DNA of 39,822 nucleotides from a virus: UHGV virus genome UHGV-0171730. The stretch is one strand, 5' to 3'. Position numbers and translations under genes: made by a program. Shown here piece by piece: positions 16,520-26,915 of the stretch. The notes under the pieces were generated by a model that was not told the origin of the DNA, did no database searches, and worked only from the letters and a program-made list of their open reading frames with translations. Position 1 is the stretch's first letter, and every line of letters begins with the position of its first letter.

Positions 16520-17931
16520 CCTCGATTAATCCTATCTTTGAACCGTTCATTGAGGCGCATCGCTACAAAGTCGCCAAAGGCGGTCGAGGTAGCGGTAAGT
16601 CATGGGCAATTGCGAGGCTGCTTGTTGAAGCGGCGCGTCGGCAGCCAGTGCGTATTCTTTGCGCTCGTGAACTGCAAAACAGTATCAGCGATTCGGTAAT
16701 CCGGTTGCTTGAAGACACCATAGAGCGGGAAGGGTATTCGGCTGAGTTTGAAATTCAGCGTTCAATGATTCGTCATCTCGGAACGAATGCTGAATTCATG
16801 TTCTACGGCATAAAAAACAACCCGACGAAGATTAAATCGCTCGAAGGCATTGATATCTGCTGGGTGGAAGAAGCGGAAGCGGTAACGAAGGAGTCATGGG
16901 ATATCCTGATACCAACCATCCGTAAGCCGTTTTCCGAAATATGGGTGAGCTTTAACCCGAAGAACATCCTCGACGATACCTATCAGCGATTCGTCGTAAA
17001 TCCTCCTGATGATATTTGTCTGCTGACGGTGAACTACACCGACAACCCGCACTTTCCTGAAGTTCTCCGTCTGGAGATGGAAGAGTGTAAACGCAGAAAT
17101 CCGACACTGTATCGTCACATCTGGCTTGGTGAGCCAGTAAGCGCAAGTGATATGGCAATCATCAAACGTGAATGGCTTGAAGCCGCAACCGATGCGCACA
17201 AGAAACTCGGATGGAAAGCGAAAGGCGCGGTTGTCTCTGCGCATGACCCGTCAGATACAGGGCCAGATGCTAAAGGTTACGCATCGCGTCACGGTTCGGT
17301 GGTTAAGCGCATTGCCGAAGGCCTGCTGATGGACATCAACGAGGGTGCTGACTGGGCTACTTCGCTGGCGATTGAAGACGGCGCTGACCACTACCTGTGG
17401 GATGGCGATGGTGTCGGTGCCGGGCTACGCAGACAGACAACGGAAGCGTTCTCCGGCAAGAAAATCACCGCCACGATGTTCAAGGGCAGCGAATCGCCAT
17501 TCGATGAAGATGCTCCGTATCAGGCCGGAGCATGGGCTGATGAAGTCGTACAGGGCGACAACGTTCGCACTATTGGCGATGTATTCCGCAATAAGCGAGC
17601 GCAATTCTATTACGCGCTGGCTGACAGGCTGTATCTGACATATCGGGCGGTTGTCCACGGTGAGTATGCAGACCCCGACGACATGCTGAGTTTCGACAAA
17701 GAAGTGATAGGCGAGAAGATGCTGGAGAAGCTGTTTGCAGAACTGACGCAGATTCAGCGCAAATTCAATAATAACGGGAAGCTGGAGCTTATGACTAAGG
17801 TCGAAATGAAGCAGAAGCTCGGTATTCCATCTCCTAACCTGGCTGATGCACTGATGATGTGTATGCATTGCCCGGAGTCGGCTGCGCAACCCGACTATTC
17901 CAGTTACTCAATTCCTTGTGGTGTAGGTTGA
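16516..17931 (+). CDS. terminase large subunit
   Basis: Walker A KGGRGSGKS; 471 aa; between TerS and portal. Confidence 0.9.
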   Translation: MTSINPIFEPFIEAHRYKVAKGGRGSGKSWAIARLLVEAARRQPVRILCARELQNSISDSVIRLLEDTIEREGYSAEFEIQRSMIRHLGTNAEFMFYGIKNNPTKIKSLEGIDICWVEEAEAVTKESWDILIPTIRKPFSEIWVSFNPKNILDDTYQRFVVNPPDDICLLTVNYTDNPHFPEVLRLEMEECKRRNPTLYRHIWLGEPVSASDMAIIKREWLEAATDAHKKLGWKAKGAVVSAHDPSDTGPDAKGYASRHGSVVKRIAEGLLMDINEGADWATSLAIEDGADHYLWDGDGVGAGLRRQTTEAFSGKKITATMFKGSESPFDEDAPYQAGAWADEVVQGDNVRTIGDVFRNKRAQFYYALADRLYLTYRAVVHGEYADPDDMLSFDKEVIGEKMLEKLFAELTQIQRKFNNNGKLELMTKVEMKQKLGIPSPNLADALMMCMHCPESAAQPDYSSYSIPCGVG

Positions 17932-17932
17932 T

Positions 17933-20131
17933 ATGGCAGAAAAAAAGATGACTGACTGGCATCGCAAGGTGCTGTGCAACTTTGATAATGCCTGGTCAGC
18001 AACGCAGGATATGCGTGAGCAGATTATTGAGGCTCAACGTTTCGTCCGGGTGTCCGGCGCACAGTGGGAAGGCAGCACAAACGCTGGTTACTCATTTGAT
18101 GAAGGCAGGTTTGAGCATTACCCGCGCTTTGAACTGAATAAGATTGCCCGTGAATGTGATCGCATCATTGGCGAGTATCGACAGAATCGCATCAGCGTTA
18201 AATTCAGGCCGAAGGACGATAAGGCATCGGAAGCGTTAGCCGAAAAGATGAACGGAAAATTCCGCGCTGACTATCAGGAAACATCCGGTGGCGAAGCGTG
18301 TGATAACGCATTTGATGATGCTGTAACGGGCGGATTCGGTTGTTTCCGCATGTGTGCCGATTACGAAGATGAAATGGATCCGAGTAACGAGCAACGCCGT
18401 ATAAGCCTTCTCCCGGTTTACGACCCAGCGACATGCGTCTTCTTCGATCAGGACAGCAAGCAATATGACCGCTCTGATGCTATGTGGGCTATGGAAATGT
18501 TCTCCATGACGCCTAAAGCGTTCGAGGCTGAATACCCTGATTCCATCGCGGCAAGTCTTTCTCGTGATGACACTGGCACTCAATATGACTGGTCAACTCC
18601 TGATGCTATCTATGTTGGTCGCTACTACGAAGTTCGCATAGAGAAGGTGAAGCTCACAGCATGGCGTAACCCTGTTAGCGGAGAAACGGCAATCTATGAT
18701 GAAGAGCAAATCAAAGATATTGTTGACGAGCTGACCGATGGCGCATTCGAACTGATTGGCGAGCGGACAGTGAAGAAACGCCGCGTTTATTGCGGCCTTC
18801 TGTCTGGCGCTGAATGGCTGGAAGAACCGAAGCGTATTCCGGGCGAACATATTCCTCTCATCCCGGTATATGGGCGTCGTTCATTTGTTGATAATCAGGA
18901 GCGAATCGAAGGCCACGCAGCAAAAGCGATGGATGCACAGCGTCTTGAGAACCTGATGGTTTCCATGATTGCAGATAACGCCACTCAGGCTGGCGGCGAT
19001 GGCATTCCTGTAGTTGATGTTGACATGATTCCTGGCCCTCTCGCCACTCATTGGGCGGAGCGCAACAAAAAGCGCCCGGCGTTCCTGCCGATGGTCAGTC
19101 TGAAAAACAAAAATGGAGATATTACTGCGCAGGCTCAGGTCAGCAGTTATACACCTCCAACACAAATGCCTCCTGCTCTTGCCGGGCTATTACAGTACAC
19201 CGGAACGGCTATTCAGCAAATTACAGGTGCGTCGCAGCTTGAGAACATGCCGAGCAACGTCGCCACCGATACCGTTGATAGCATCTTTAACCGGATGGAC
19301 ACGCAGTCCTATATCTACATGGACAACATGGCTAAATCCATGCGTCGCGCTGGCGTTGTGTGGCTTTCTATGGCGCGTGAGGTCTATGGAAGTGATACGC
19401 CGATGCGTATCGTTAATGAGGACGGCAGCGATGACGTGGCGCTGATGACTGGTGAAGTGGTTGACCGTCAGACAGGGCAGGTTATCGCTCTTAACGACCT
19501 TTCGCAGGGTAACTATGAAGTGACTGTCGATGTTGGTCAGTCGTTTGCTACTCGCCGTGATGCAACGGTTAAGTCGTTACTTTCCATGCTGGCACTTATC
19601 CCACCAGGAACGCAGAAGCACGACCTTGTATCGTCGATGATTCTCGACAATATGGACGGCGAAGGGATGGACGACCTTAAAGAATACAACCGCAATCAGT
19701 TGCTTCTGTCTGGCGTTATCAAGCCGAGAACGCCTGAAGAACAGCAGATGGTTGAACAAGCGAAACAACAACAGGCCAGTCAGCCAGATCCGGCTATGGT
19801 TGCTGCGCAAGGTCAGCTTCTTGCTGGTCAGGCTGAATTGCAGAAAGCGCAGAACGAACAAGCAGCCATTCAGGTTAAAGCATTCCAGGCACAGACGGAT
19901 GCTCAGGTTGCTGCGGCAAATGTTGTGAAAATCCTCGCATCTGCCGATAGCCAGCAAAAATCTGATATCCGTGAGGCGCTGAAACTGCTCGGACAGTTCC
20001 AGCAACAGCAAGGAGACAATGCCCGTGCTGATGCAGAGCTTGTCCTGAAAAGTCAGGCACAGGGCCATGCACAACGAATGGACATCAGCAGCATCCTGCA
20101 AAAATCAACCCAGCAACAACCACAGCAGTAA
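17933..20131 (+). CDS. portal protein (P22 gp1-like, 732 aa)
   Basis: Size and position after TerL; Q-rich C-terminal tail. Confidence 0.85.
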   Translation: MAEKKMTDWHRKVLCNFDNAWSATQDMREQIIEAQRFVRVSGAQWEGSTNAGYSFDEGRFEHYPRFELNKIARECDRIIGEYRQNRISVKFRPKDDKASEALAEKMNGKFRADYQETSGGEACDNAFDDAVTGGFGCFRMCADYEDEMDPSNEQRRISLLPVYDPATCVFFDQDSKQYDRSDAMWAMEMFSMTPKAFEAEYPDSIAASLSRDDTGTQYDWSTPDAIYVGRYYEVRIEKVKLTAWRNPVSGETAIYDEEQIKDIVDELTDGAFELIGERTVKKRRVYCGLLSGAEWLEEPKRIPGEHIPLIPVYGRRSFVDNQERIEGHAAKAMDAQRLENLMVSMIADNATQAGGDGIPVVDVDMIPGPLATHWAERNKKRPAFLPMVSLKNKNGDITAQAQVSSYTPPTQMPPALAGLLQYTGTAIQQITGASQLENMPSNVATDTVDSIFNRMDTQSYIYMDNMAKSMRRAGVVWLSMAREVYGSDTPMRIVNEDGSDDVALMTGEVVDRQTGQVIALNDLSQGNYEVTVDVGQSFATRRDATVKSLLSMLALIPPGTQKHDLVSSMILDNMDGEGMDDLKEYNRNQLLLSGVIKPRTPEEQQMVEQAKQQQASQPDPAMVAAQGQLLAGQAELQKAQNEQAAIQVKAFQAQTDAQVAAANVVKILASADSQQKSDIREALKLLGQFQQQQGDNARADAELVLKSQAQGHAQRMDISSILQKSTQQQPQQ

Positions 20132-20221
20132 TTAACCAATAACGTGCAATGGCTGTCTTTATGAGGCCTGGCACCCTATTGCCTTCCGATGGGCTGAACA
20201 TCGAGTAAACAGGGGTAACAA

Positions 20222-21118
20222 ATGGACCAGATGGCAGAAAACACACCAGAAGTTGAAATCGAAACCGACGCGTCAGAGCAGATTCCTGATGATGTCGAAC
20301 TGGCTGAAGAAGTCGAAACAGAAGATGGCAGTGAGTCCTCCGGCAATGATGCAGAGGAAGCTACTGAAACTGATGACGACGAATCAGAACAGGAATTCTA
20401 CTTTGGTGACGAAAAGCTGGATTCGCCAACCAGCGAAGATGGCGCTGAGCATGGACTGGTAAAACACCTGCGCAAGACGATTAAAGAGAAAGACCGCGAG
20501 CTGAAAGAGCTGATGCGTCAGTCCCAGAAACCCGTCGAGCAGCAGCCGGTAATCACTCAACCACCGCGAATGCCAAAACTGGATGATGAGGACATCGGTT
20601 TTGATGAAGAAATCTACCAGCAACGCATGGCTAAGTGGGCAGAGGATAACGGCAAATACCAGGAGCAAGTACGAGAGCGGAAACGAGAGGAAGAGGCGCG
20701 TACCGCAACGCTTCAGCAGAAAGCAGCCAATTACATGCATAGAGTAAAAGCACTGAAAGTGGCTGGTTACCAGGATGCAGAGCAGGCTGTACGCGAAGAT
20801 GTTCCTGTTCACATTCAGGACATGATCCTTCTTGAGTCAGAGAAGCCGGAAATCGTTGTTCTGGCACTCGGTCGCAACACTGAACTGCGCAAGCAACTGG
20901 CAGAAGCTACCAACCCCGTAGCAATTGGTCGTCTGCTGGAACGTATCGAATCGAAGGCCAGAATCATGCCAAAAGCAAAAACCACGGCAGCCACAACCCC
21001 GACAGTTAAGGGGAGCAACGGCGCAGTAATCAATAACCTCGACAAACTTCTCGAAAAAGCGCGCGACACCGGTGATTACACCGAATACCGGGCGGCGAAG
21101 AACAAAGCTAAAAAATAA
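20222..21118 (+). CDS. scaffolding protein (298 aa)
   Basis: Very acidic N-terminus, helical/charged body; between portal and coat. Confidence 0.65.
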   Translation: MDQMAENTPEVEIETDASEQIPDDVELAEEVETEDGSESSGNDAEEATETDDDESEQEFYFGDEKLDSPTSEDGAEHGLVKHLRKTIKEKDRELKELMRQSQKPVEQQPVITQPPRMPKLDDEDIGFDEEIYQQRMAKWAEDNGKYQEQVRERKREEEARTATLQQKAANYMHRVKALKVAGYQDAEQAVREDVPVHIQDMILLESEKPEIVVLALGRNTELRKQLAEATNPVAIGRLLERIESKARIMPKAKTTAATTPTVKGSNGAVINNLDKLLEKARDTGDYTEYRAAKNKAKK

Positions 21119-21138
21119 TCCATCGGAGCTAAATACCT

Positions 21139-22398
21139 ATGTCTAACCAGTTAACAAAAGACCTCGAAATCCTCTTTGAGAGCGTCATTGATAGTTTTGA
21201 GGCGTCCAATGTCGTTTCCCGCGAGTGCAGCAAGTTCCGACCGGGCGACATTGAAATGCAGCGCGCTGGCGACGTTGTTTATCGCCCTCAGGGCTACCAC
21301 CTGAAAACCGTGAGCGGACTTGATCTGACTTCGGCCACTGCAAACTCACTCGTTCAGCGTCAGGTGCCTGCTCGCTTCCGCGAGCCAGAGAACGTCATCT
21401 ACGAACTGGACGCAAAAGAAATGCGCGATCCGTGGCACAAAGAGCAGGCTGGCAAGGCGGCGGGTCGCCAGTTGGCGGCGTGGGTTGATAACATGATCGT
21501 CGATGAGGTGGTCGCTCGCTCCACCAACGTGGTCACCATTAAATCGGCGTCCACCGGTAGCACTCTCGGCGAAGAACTCTGGAACGCATCGGCTGACGTT
21601 GATGCAATGATGCTGTCCATTGGTGTGCCTCAGGGTGGTCAGCGCAAGGCGTTCTACAACCCGTTCAACTACAAAGACCTGGCTAAGGAGCTTGGCTCTC
21701 GCGCATATGCGGTCGGTGCAACTCTGACAGCCTATGAGAAAGCTCAGATTCCACCTGTGGCATCCTTCGACAGTTTCCGCGTTGATTATGCTGGCGCAAT
21801 GAAGGCTGGTTCAGCTACCGCTGTAACTCTCGGCGGCGCAGTAAAACACAAAGTTACCGCGATGGATTCCAACGGCGCGCCTACCGATAACCGCCAGGGT
21901 GACATCACCGTATCCACTGCTGGCGTACTGGCTGTCGGCGATGCATTCACTATCGCAGGCGTTAACAGTGTCCACATGATCAAGAAGGTGGATACAGGTA
22001 AGCCGCAGGTATTCCGCGTCCTGGCAGTAAATGGCACTACCGTTACCATCAGCCCGAAAATTCTGCCACCAGACAACGCGGATAAGGCGTCTATTCCTTA
22101 CCAGAACGTTACCGCCAATCCGGTGGCAAACGCGGCGATCACCATCCTCAACAAGAAGGCTGCGGCTTCCAACATCTTCTTCGCTGAGGGTTCTGTTGAG
22201 CTGATGTATGGCAAGTTGGCATTCCCTACCGGCCAGGGTCCGCAGGTTATGACCGCAAGGACCGAGCAGGGTGCGACCATCATCATGGCTTACCAGTTCG
22301 ACGCTAAATCTGGCAAAACGTGGACTCGCTTCACCACGCTGGCTGGCGCAAGCGTACTGGTCCCGGAATTCACCGGCCTGGTACTGGCTAACCAGTAA
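21139..22398 (+). CDS. major capsid (coat) protein (419 aa)
   Basis: Position after scaffold, GGAG RBS, strong terminator immediately downstream. Confidence 0.8.
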   Translation: MSNQLTKDLEILFESVIDSFEASNVVSRECSKFRPGDIEMQRAGDVVYRPQGYHLKTVSGLDLTSATANSLVQRQVPARFREPENVIYELDAKEMRDPWHKEQAGKAAGRQLAAWVDNMIVDEVVARSTNVVTIKSASTGSTLGEELWNASADVDAMMLSIGVPQGGQRKAFYNPFNYKDLAKELGSRAYAVGATLTAYEKAQIPPVASFDSFRVDYAGAMKAGSATAVTLGGAVKHKVTAMDSNGAPTDNRQGDITVSTAGVLAVGDAFTIAGVNSVHMIKKVDTGKPQVFRVLAVNGTTVTISPKILPPDNADKASIPYQNVTANPVANAAITILNKKAAASNIFFAEGSVELMYGKLAFPTGQGPQVMTARTEQGATIIMAYQFDAKSGKTWTRFTTLAGASVLVPEFTGLVLANQ

Positions 22399-22401
22399 TC
22401 C

Positions 22402-22428
22402 AAGGGGCTTCGGCCCCTCTTTTTTTTT
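22402..22428 (+). terminator. rho-independent terminator after coat gene
   Basis: Hairpin AAGGGGC-TTCG-GCCCCT followed by a run of 9-10 T. Confidence 0.65.
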
Positions 22429-22438
22429 GGAGATCGAA

Positions 22439-22627
22439 ATGTCTCAAATCATGCTTTATAAGCCGGGATCGATGATCACCTGCGGCCCCCACTCGCTGGA
22501 TTACATCATCGTTGATGACGAAGAAGTTAAATCTCACCTGAAAAAAGGCTGGGTAAAAACTCCTGAAGAAACCGCAACGAAGCAAAAAGTGGCTAAGGCG
22601 GAAGAAGATGGCGAAAACGAAGGGTGA
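22439..22627 (+). CDS. small hypothetical protein (62 aa)
   Basis: ATG 22439 after GGAGATCGAA; ORF-track start 22271 rejected because it runs through the terminator. Confidence 0.4.
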   Translation: MSQIMLYKPGSMITCGPHSLDYIIVDDEEVKSHLKKGWVKTPEETATKQKVAKAEEDGENEG

Positions 22628-23069
22628 TCTCGTTCTAAAGGCTTTACGAAAAGCCGGGCTGTATTCCAATGCCACGTTGACAGATGCTGACCCTCAGGCA
22701 ATTGAAGATGCCATTAATGACCTCGAAGACATGATGGCAGCATGGCAGGCTAAAGGTATCGAGCTTGGATATCAGTTTGCTGATACAGAAAACGGCATCA
22801 TGCCGTTACCTGACGATGATTCAGGTATCCCTGCATGGGCAAATGATGGCGTCGCTTTGAAACTCGCTGTGCAAGTGTGCATGGATAACGTCATTCAGCC
22901 GTCAGACGCTCTCCTTACCGCTGCTGACAGTGCATATCAAACAATCTGTATCGCTTTAACCAAAATACCACCACTTGAGCGGCGAAATGATATGCCTCGC
23001 GGGGCGGGGTTAAAAAACGCGTTTACGTGGAATCGGTTTTACATCGAGAAAGATGATCCGAGTACGTGA
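22608..23069 (+). CDS. P22 gp4-like head-tail adaptor
   Basis: Size and synteny. Confidence 0.55.
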   Translation: MAKTKGDLVLKALRKAGLYSNATLTDADPQAIEDAINDLEDMMAAWQAKGIELGYQFADTENGIMPLPDDDSGIPAWANDGVALKLAVQVCMDNVIQPSDALLTAADSAYQTICIALTKIPPLERRNDMPRGAGLKNAFTWNRFYIEKDDPST

Positions 23070-23078
23070 GGTGAATAA

Positions 23079-24497
23079 ATGCCGATTCAGCAACTTCCGC
23101 TTATGAAAGGTGTCGGCAAAGACTTTCGAAACGCCGACTATATCGACTATCTGCCAGTGAATATGCTGGCTACGCCCAAAGAAATACTCAACAGCAGCGG
23201 ATATCTTCGCTCATTCCCGGGCATTGCCAAACGTTCTGATGTGAACGGCGTATCGCGGGGCGTCGAGTACAACATGGCGCAGAATGCTGTTTATCGCGTA
23301 TGTGGTGGTAAGCTGTACAAAGGAGAAAGTGAAGTCGGTGACGTCGCCGGAAGTGGTCGCGTATCAATGGCGCATGGTCGAACATCACAGGCGGTAGGCG
23401 TTAATGGTCAACTGGTCGAATACCGCTATGATGGCACGGTTAAAACCGTCTCAAACTGGCCTACAGACAGCGGATTCACGCAGTATGAGTTAGGCTCAGT
23501 CCGCGACATTACGCGCTTGCGTGGGCGTTATGCGTGGTCAAAAGACGGCACTGATTCATGGTTTATCACTGACCCTGAAGACGAATCGCATCCTGACCGT
23601 TACAGCGCACAATATCGCGCAGAATCTCAGCCGGACGGCATCATCGGCATCGGAACATGGCGAGACTTCATCGTCTGCTTTGGCTCATCGACGATTGAAT
23701 ATTTCTCCCTGACGGGCGCAACCACTGTTGGTGCCGCTTTGTATGTCGCCCAGCCATCGTTGATGGTGCAAAAAGGAATCGCCGGAACCTACTGCAAAAC
23801 GCCGTTTGCTGATTCGTATGCGTTCATCAGCAATCCGGCAACAGGTGCGCCGTCTGTGTACATCATCGGCTCCGGTCAGGTGTCACCAATCGCCAGCGCG
23901 AGCATTGAGAAAATCCTCCGCTCCTACACTGCTGATGAACTGGCTGATGGCGTGATGGAGTCTCTGCGCTTTGATGCTCATGAGTTGCTGATTATCCACC
24001 TTCCGCGCCATGTTCTCGTGTACGACGCATCTTCAAGCGCCAATGGTCCGCAATGGTGTGTGCTGAAAACAGGCTTGTATGACGATGTGTACCGCGCTAT
24101 CGACTTCATTTACGAAGGCAATCAGATAACGTGCGGAGATAAGCTGGAATCGGTTATCGGCAAATTGCAGTTCGATATCAGCAGCCAGTATGGGCTACAG
24201 CAAGAACATATTTTATTTTCACCATTAATAAAGGCAGATAATGTCATTATTAATGACCTTGAATTAGAAACATCAGGCGGCGTGTGTGATAGAATAGATA
24301 AAATATTTATATCAGCAACAACAGATGGAATAAATTACGGCAGGGAACAAATGGTCGTATTGCAATCTCCATTTGTATATGACAATCGAGTCTTATGGCG
24401 CAGGATTGGAAGAGTTAGACGTCTCATCGGTTTTAAATTCAGAGTTATTGCAAAAGGCCCGGTTACATTATCCGGACTGTCTATTCGTACAACATAA
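23079..24497 (+). CDS. P22 gp10-like tail hub protein (472 aa)
   Basis: Size identical to P22 gp10 as remembered; synteny; AT-rich 3' end. Confidence 0.6.
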   Translation: MPIQQLPLMKGVGKDFRNADYIDYLPVNMLATPKEILNSSGYLRSFPGIAKRSDVNGVSRGVEYNMAQNAVYRVCGGKLYKGESEVGDVAGSGRVSMAHGRTSQAVGVNGQLVEYRYDGTVKTVSNWPTDSGFTQYELGSVRDITRLRGRYAWSKDGTDSWFITDPEDESHPDRYSAQYRAESQPDGIIGIGTWRDFIVCFGSSTIEYFSLTGATTVGAALYVAQPSLMVQKGIAGTYCKTPFADSYAFISNPATGAPSVYIIGSGQVSPIASASIEKILRSYTADELADGVMESLRFDAHELLIIHLPRHVLVYDASSSANGPQWCVLKTGLYDDVYRAIDFIYEGNQITCGDKLESVIGKLQFDISSQYGLQQEHILFSPLIKADNVIINDLELETSGGVCDRIDKIFISATTDGINYGREQMVVLQSPFVYDNRVLWRRIGRVRRLIGFKFRVIAKGPVTLSGLSIRTT

Positions 24498-24518
24498 ATC
24501 GAAACTTAAGGAGTAGAT

Positions 24519-25064
24519 ATGTTAAGTGAAGATATTAGAGATGTAGTTGGTTATGAGGGGCTTTATGCGGTAACTCGTGATGGTAGAGTTTACTCTCACT
24601 CAAGGATAATAAATACATGCCATGGGGCTACTCGATTAATGAAGGGTAGATGGCTGAAGCCAGCAAAGGATGGGGGCGGATATCTATTTGTTGGTCTCTG
24701 TAAGGATGGAGAGGTTAAACCAAAAAAAATACATCGAATTGTTGCTGAGGCATTTATTGAAAACAAAGAATCTAAACCATTCATCAACCATATAGATAAT
24801 AATAATCAAAATAATAATGTAGAAAATCTTGAATGGTGTACGCAACATGAAAACATGCAGCATTGCTCTAGAAGCGGTAGGGTGAAAATACCTCATTATG
24901 TGGGTTCTGAACATCCATCGTCCAAATTAAATGAAGATATAGTTCTGGTCATAAAAAATGATTTGATTACGCCAATTAGCGAGTTAGCTGCAAGATATAA
25001 TGTGACTGTTCAGGCCATACACGCCATTAAAAAAGGGAAGACATGGAGGCATGTGAATGGCTGA
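24519..25064 (+). CDS. HNH homing endonuclease
   Basis: N-terminal [16 protein letters not shown] motif; HNH core HIDNN...NLEW...HEN; AAGGAG RBS; AT-rich. Confidence 0.8.
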   Translation: MLSEDIRDVVGYEGLYAVTRDGRVYSHSRIINTCHGATRLMKGRWLKPAKDGGGYLFVGLCKDGEVKPKKIHRIVAEAFIENKESKPFINHIDNNNQNNNVENLEWCTQHENMQHCSRSGRVKIPHYVGSEHPSSKLNEDIVLVIKNDLITPISELAARYNVTVQAIHAIKKGKTWRHVNG

Positions 25065-25758
25065 TCCCAATCTCAACGTGCCAGTAACTATCCAGGCCAC
25101 CCGGCTAGACACATCAATCCTTCCACGCAATATATTCAGCCAGTCTTACCTGCTGTATGTCATTAATCAGGGGGCTGATGTCGGCGCAATTGCCGGGAAG
25201 GCAAATCAGGCTGGTCAGGGCGCTTACGATGCTCAGGTGAAAAACGATGAACAGGACGTCGAACTGGCAGATCACGATTCAAGAATCACCGCAAACACAA
25301 AAGCGATAAATCTCCTTGAGGTCAGGTTAACAACCGCCGAAGTGAAGATAGTCGTACTGCGTAGCGATGTTGATTACTTGCTGGATGAGGTTATCGATAT
25401 TCAGGCGCATCTGGTCACTGTTGACAAAAGACTGGATGGCGTAGAAAGCGATGTATCTGACATTAAGAGTGATTACGTATCGAAAACCGTAACCAAATTG
25501 CAGTCTCTTGCGTCACCGCTGGATGTAAAAACATCATATTCAGTTGATGGAATTCAGGTTGTTGGAGCAAGAAATACCGGATGGACTGCAGCCACAGGTA
25601 CACCTCTTCTTGGCTCATTCAACGCTAACCAGTCATACACGGTCGGCACTACGTACACACAATCCGAAGTCGCAGCTCTCGCTACAGGTTTGGAGCAGGC
25701 GCGGCAGCGTATTCTGGCGCTTGAAACAGCACTTAGATTACATGGGCTGATTGACTGA
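25057..25758 (+). CDS. tail needle (P22 gp26-like, 233 aa)
   Basis: N-terminus [25 protein letters not shown] and C-terminus RLHGLID match P22 gp26 as remembered; coiled-coil body. Confidence 0.8.
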   Translation: MADPNLNVPVTIQATRLDTSILPRNIFSQSYLLYVINQGADVGAIAGKANQAGQGAYDAQVKNDEQDVELADHDSRITANTKAINLLEVRLTTAEVKIVVLRSDVDYLLDEVIDIQAHLVTVDKRLDGVESDVSDIKSDYVSKTVTKLQSLASPLDVKTSYSVDGIQVVGARNTGWTAATGTPLLGSFNANQSYTVGTTYTQSEVAALATGLEQARQRILALETALRLHGLID

Positions 25759-26213
25759 TGATTACATTCAAACCAACACGAAACATCGACCTGATAGAAG
25801 CCGTGGGAAATCACCCTGACATTATTGCCGGGAGCAACAACGGTGATGGATACGACTACAAGCCTGAATGCCGTTACTTTGAGGTTAACGTGCACGGACA
25901 GTTCGGCGGCATTGTTTACTATCAGGAGATTCAGCCGCTGACATTCGATTGCCACGCCATGTACCTGCCAGAGATTCGCGGCTTCAGCAAGGAAATCGGG
26001 CTGGCGTTCTGGCGATACATTCTGACTAACACCACCGTTCAGTGCGTCACATCGTTCGCTGCGCGCAAATTCCGCCACGGTCAGATGTACTGCGCAATGA
26101 TTGGCCTTAAGCGTGTAGGAACCATCAAGAAATACTTCAAAGGCGTGGATGACGTGACGTTTTACAGCGCCACACGTGAAGAACTAATCGACTTCCTGAA
26201 TCACGGGAGATAG
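25758..26213 (+). CDS. P22 gp14-like head assembly protein
   Basis: Synteny; ATGA overlap. Confidence 0.45.
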   Translation: MITFKPTRNIDLIEAVGNHPDIIAGSNNGDGYDYKPECRYFEVNVHGQFGGIVYYQEIQPLTFDCHAMYLPEIRGFSKEIGLAFWRYILTNTTVQCVTSFAARKFRHGQMYCAMIGLKRVGTIKKYFKGVDDVTFYSATREELIDFLNHGR

Positions 26214-26215
26214 CC

Positions 26216-26905
26216 ATGTTATATGCATTTAAGCTGGGCAGAAAACTGCGCGGCGAGGAACCTTATTGCCCTGAAAAAGGCGGGAAAGGTGGCTCTGATA
26301 AAAGTGCAAAGTATGCCGCAGAAGCTCAGAAGTATGCCGCAGACCTGCAAAATCAGCAGTTCAATACCATCATGAACAACCTGAAGCCGTTTACTCCTCT
26401 GGCTGGGAAGTATGTCGGCAGCCTTGAGAACTTATCGTCTCTGGAAGGGCAAGGTCAGGCACTTAACCAGTATTACAACTCTCAGCAGTACAAAGATCTT
26501 GCTGGTCAGGCTCGCTATCAGAGTCTGGCGGCAGCGGAAGCAACAGGTGGATTGGGTTCCACCGCAACCAGTAATCAGTTAGCAACAATCGCACCAACGC
26601 TTGGTCAGCAATGGCTATCTGGACAAATGAACAATTACAACAACCTGGCAAATATCGGTCTTGGCGCTCTTCAGGGACAGGCAAACGCCGGGCAGACATA
26701 TGCCAACAACATGAGCCAGATTTCACAGCAAAGCGCGGCTCTTGCAGCGGCAAACGCCAACCGACCGTCAGCATTGCGGCAGGGTGTTAGTGGTGCTGCA
26801 TCCGGTGCGCTTTTGGGTGGTGGCATAGCCAGTGCTCTCGAGCTATCAACTCCGTGGGGTGCTGGTATCGGTGCTGGTCTTGGTCTGCTTGGCTCGTTGT
26901 TTTAA
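26216..26905 (+). CDS. ejection protein (P22 gp7-like, 229 aa)
   Basis: Size and synteny; Gly/Gln-rich. Confidence 0.5.
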   Translation: MLYAFKLGRKLRGEEPYCPEKGGKGGSDKSAKYAAEAQKYAADLQNQQFNTIMNNLKPFTPLAGKYVGSLENLSSLEGQGQALNQYYNSQQYKDLAGQARYQSLAAAEATGGLGSTATSNQLATIAPTLGQQWLSGQMNNYNNLANIGLGALQGQANAGQTYANNMSQISQQSAALAAANANRPSALRQGVSGAASGALLGGGIASALELSTPWGAGIGAGLGLLGSLF

Positions 26906-26915
26906 GGGGTAATCA

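Noticed and set aside
16894-20101. Several 60-170 aa minus-strand ORFs inside the terminase large subunit and portal genes
   Set aside because: Fully nested antisense within long, motif-supported plus-strand genes; typical artefacts of GC-rich coding sequence
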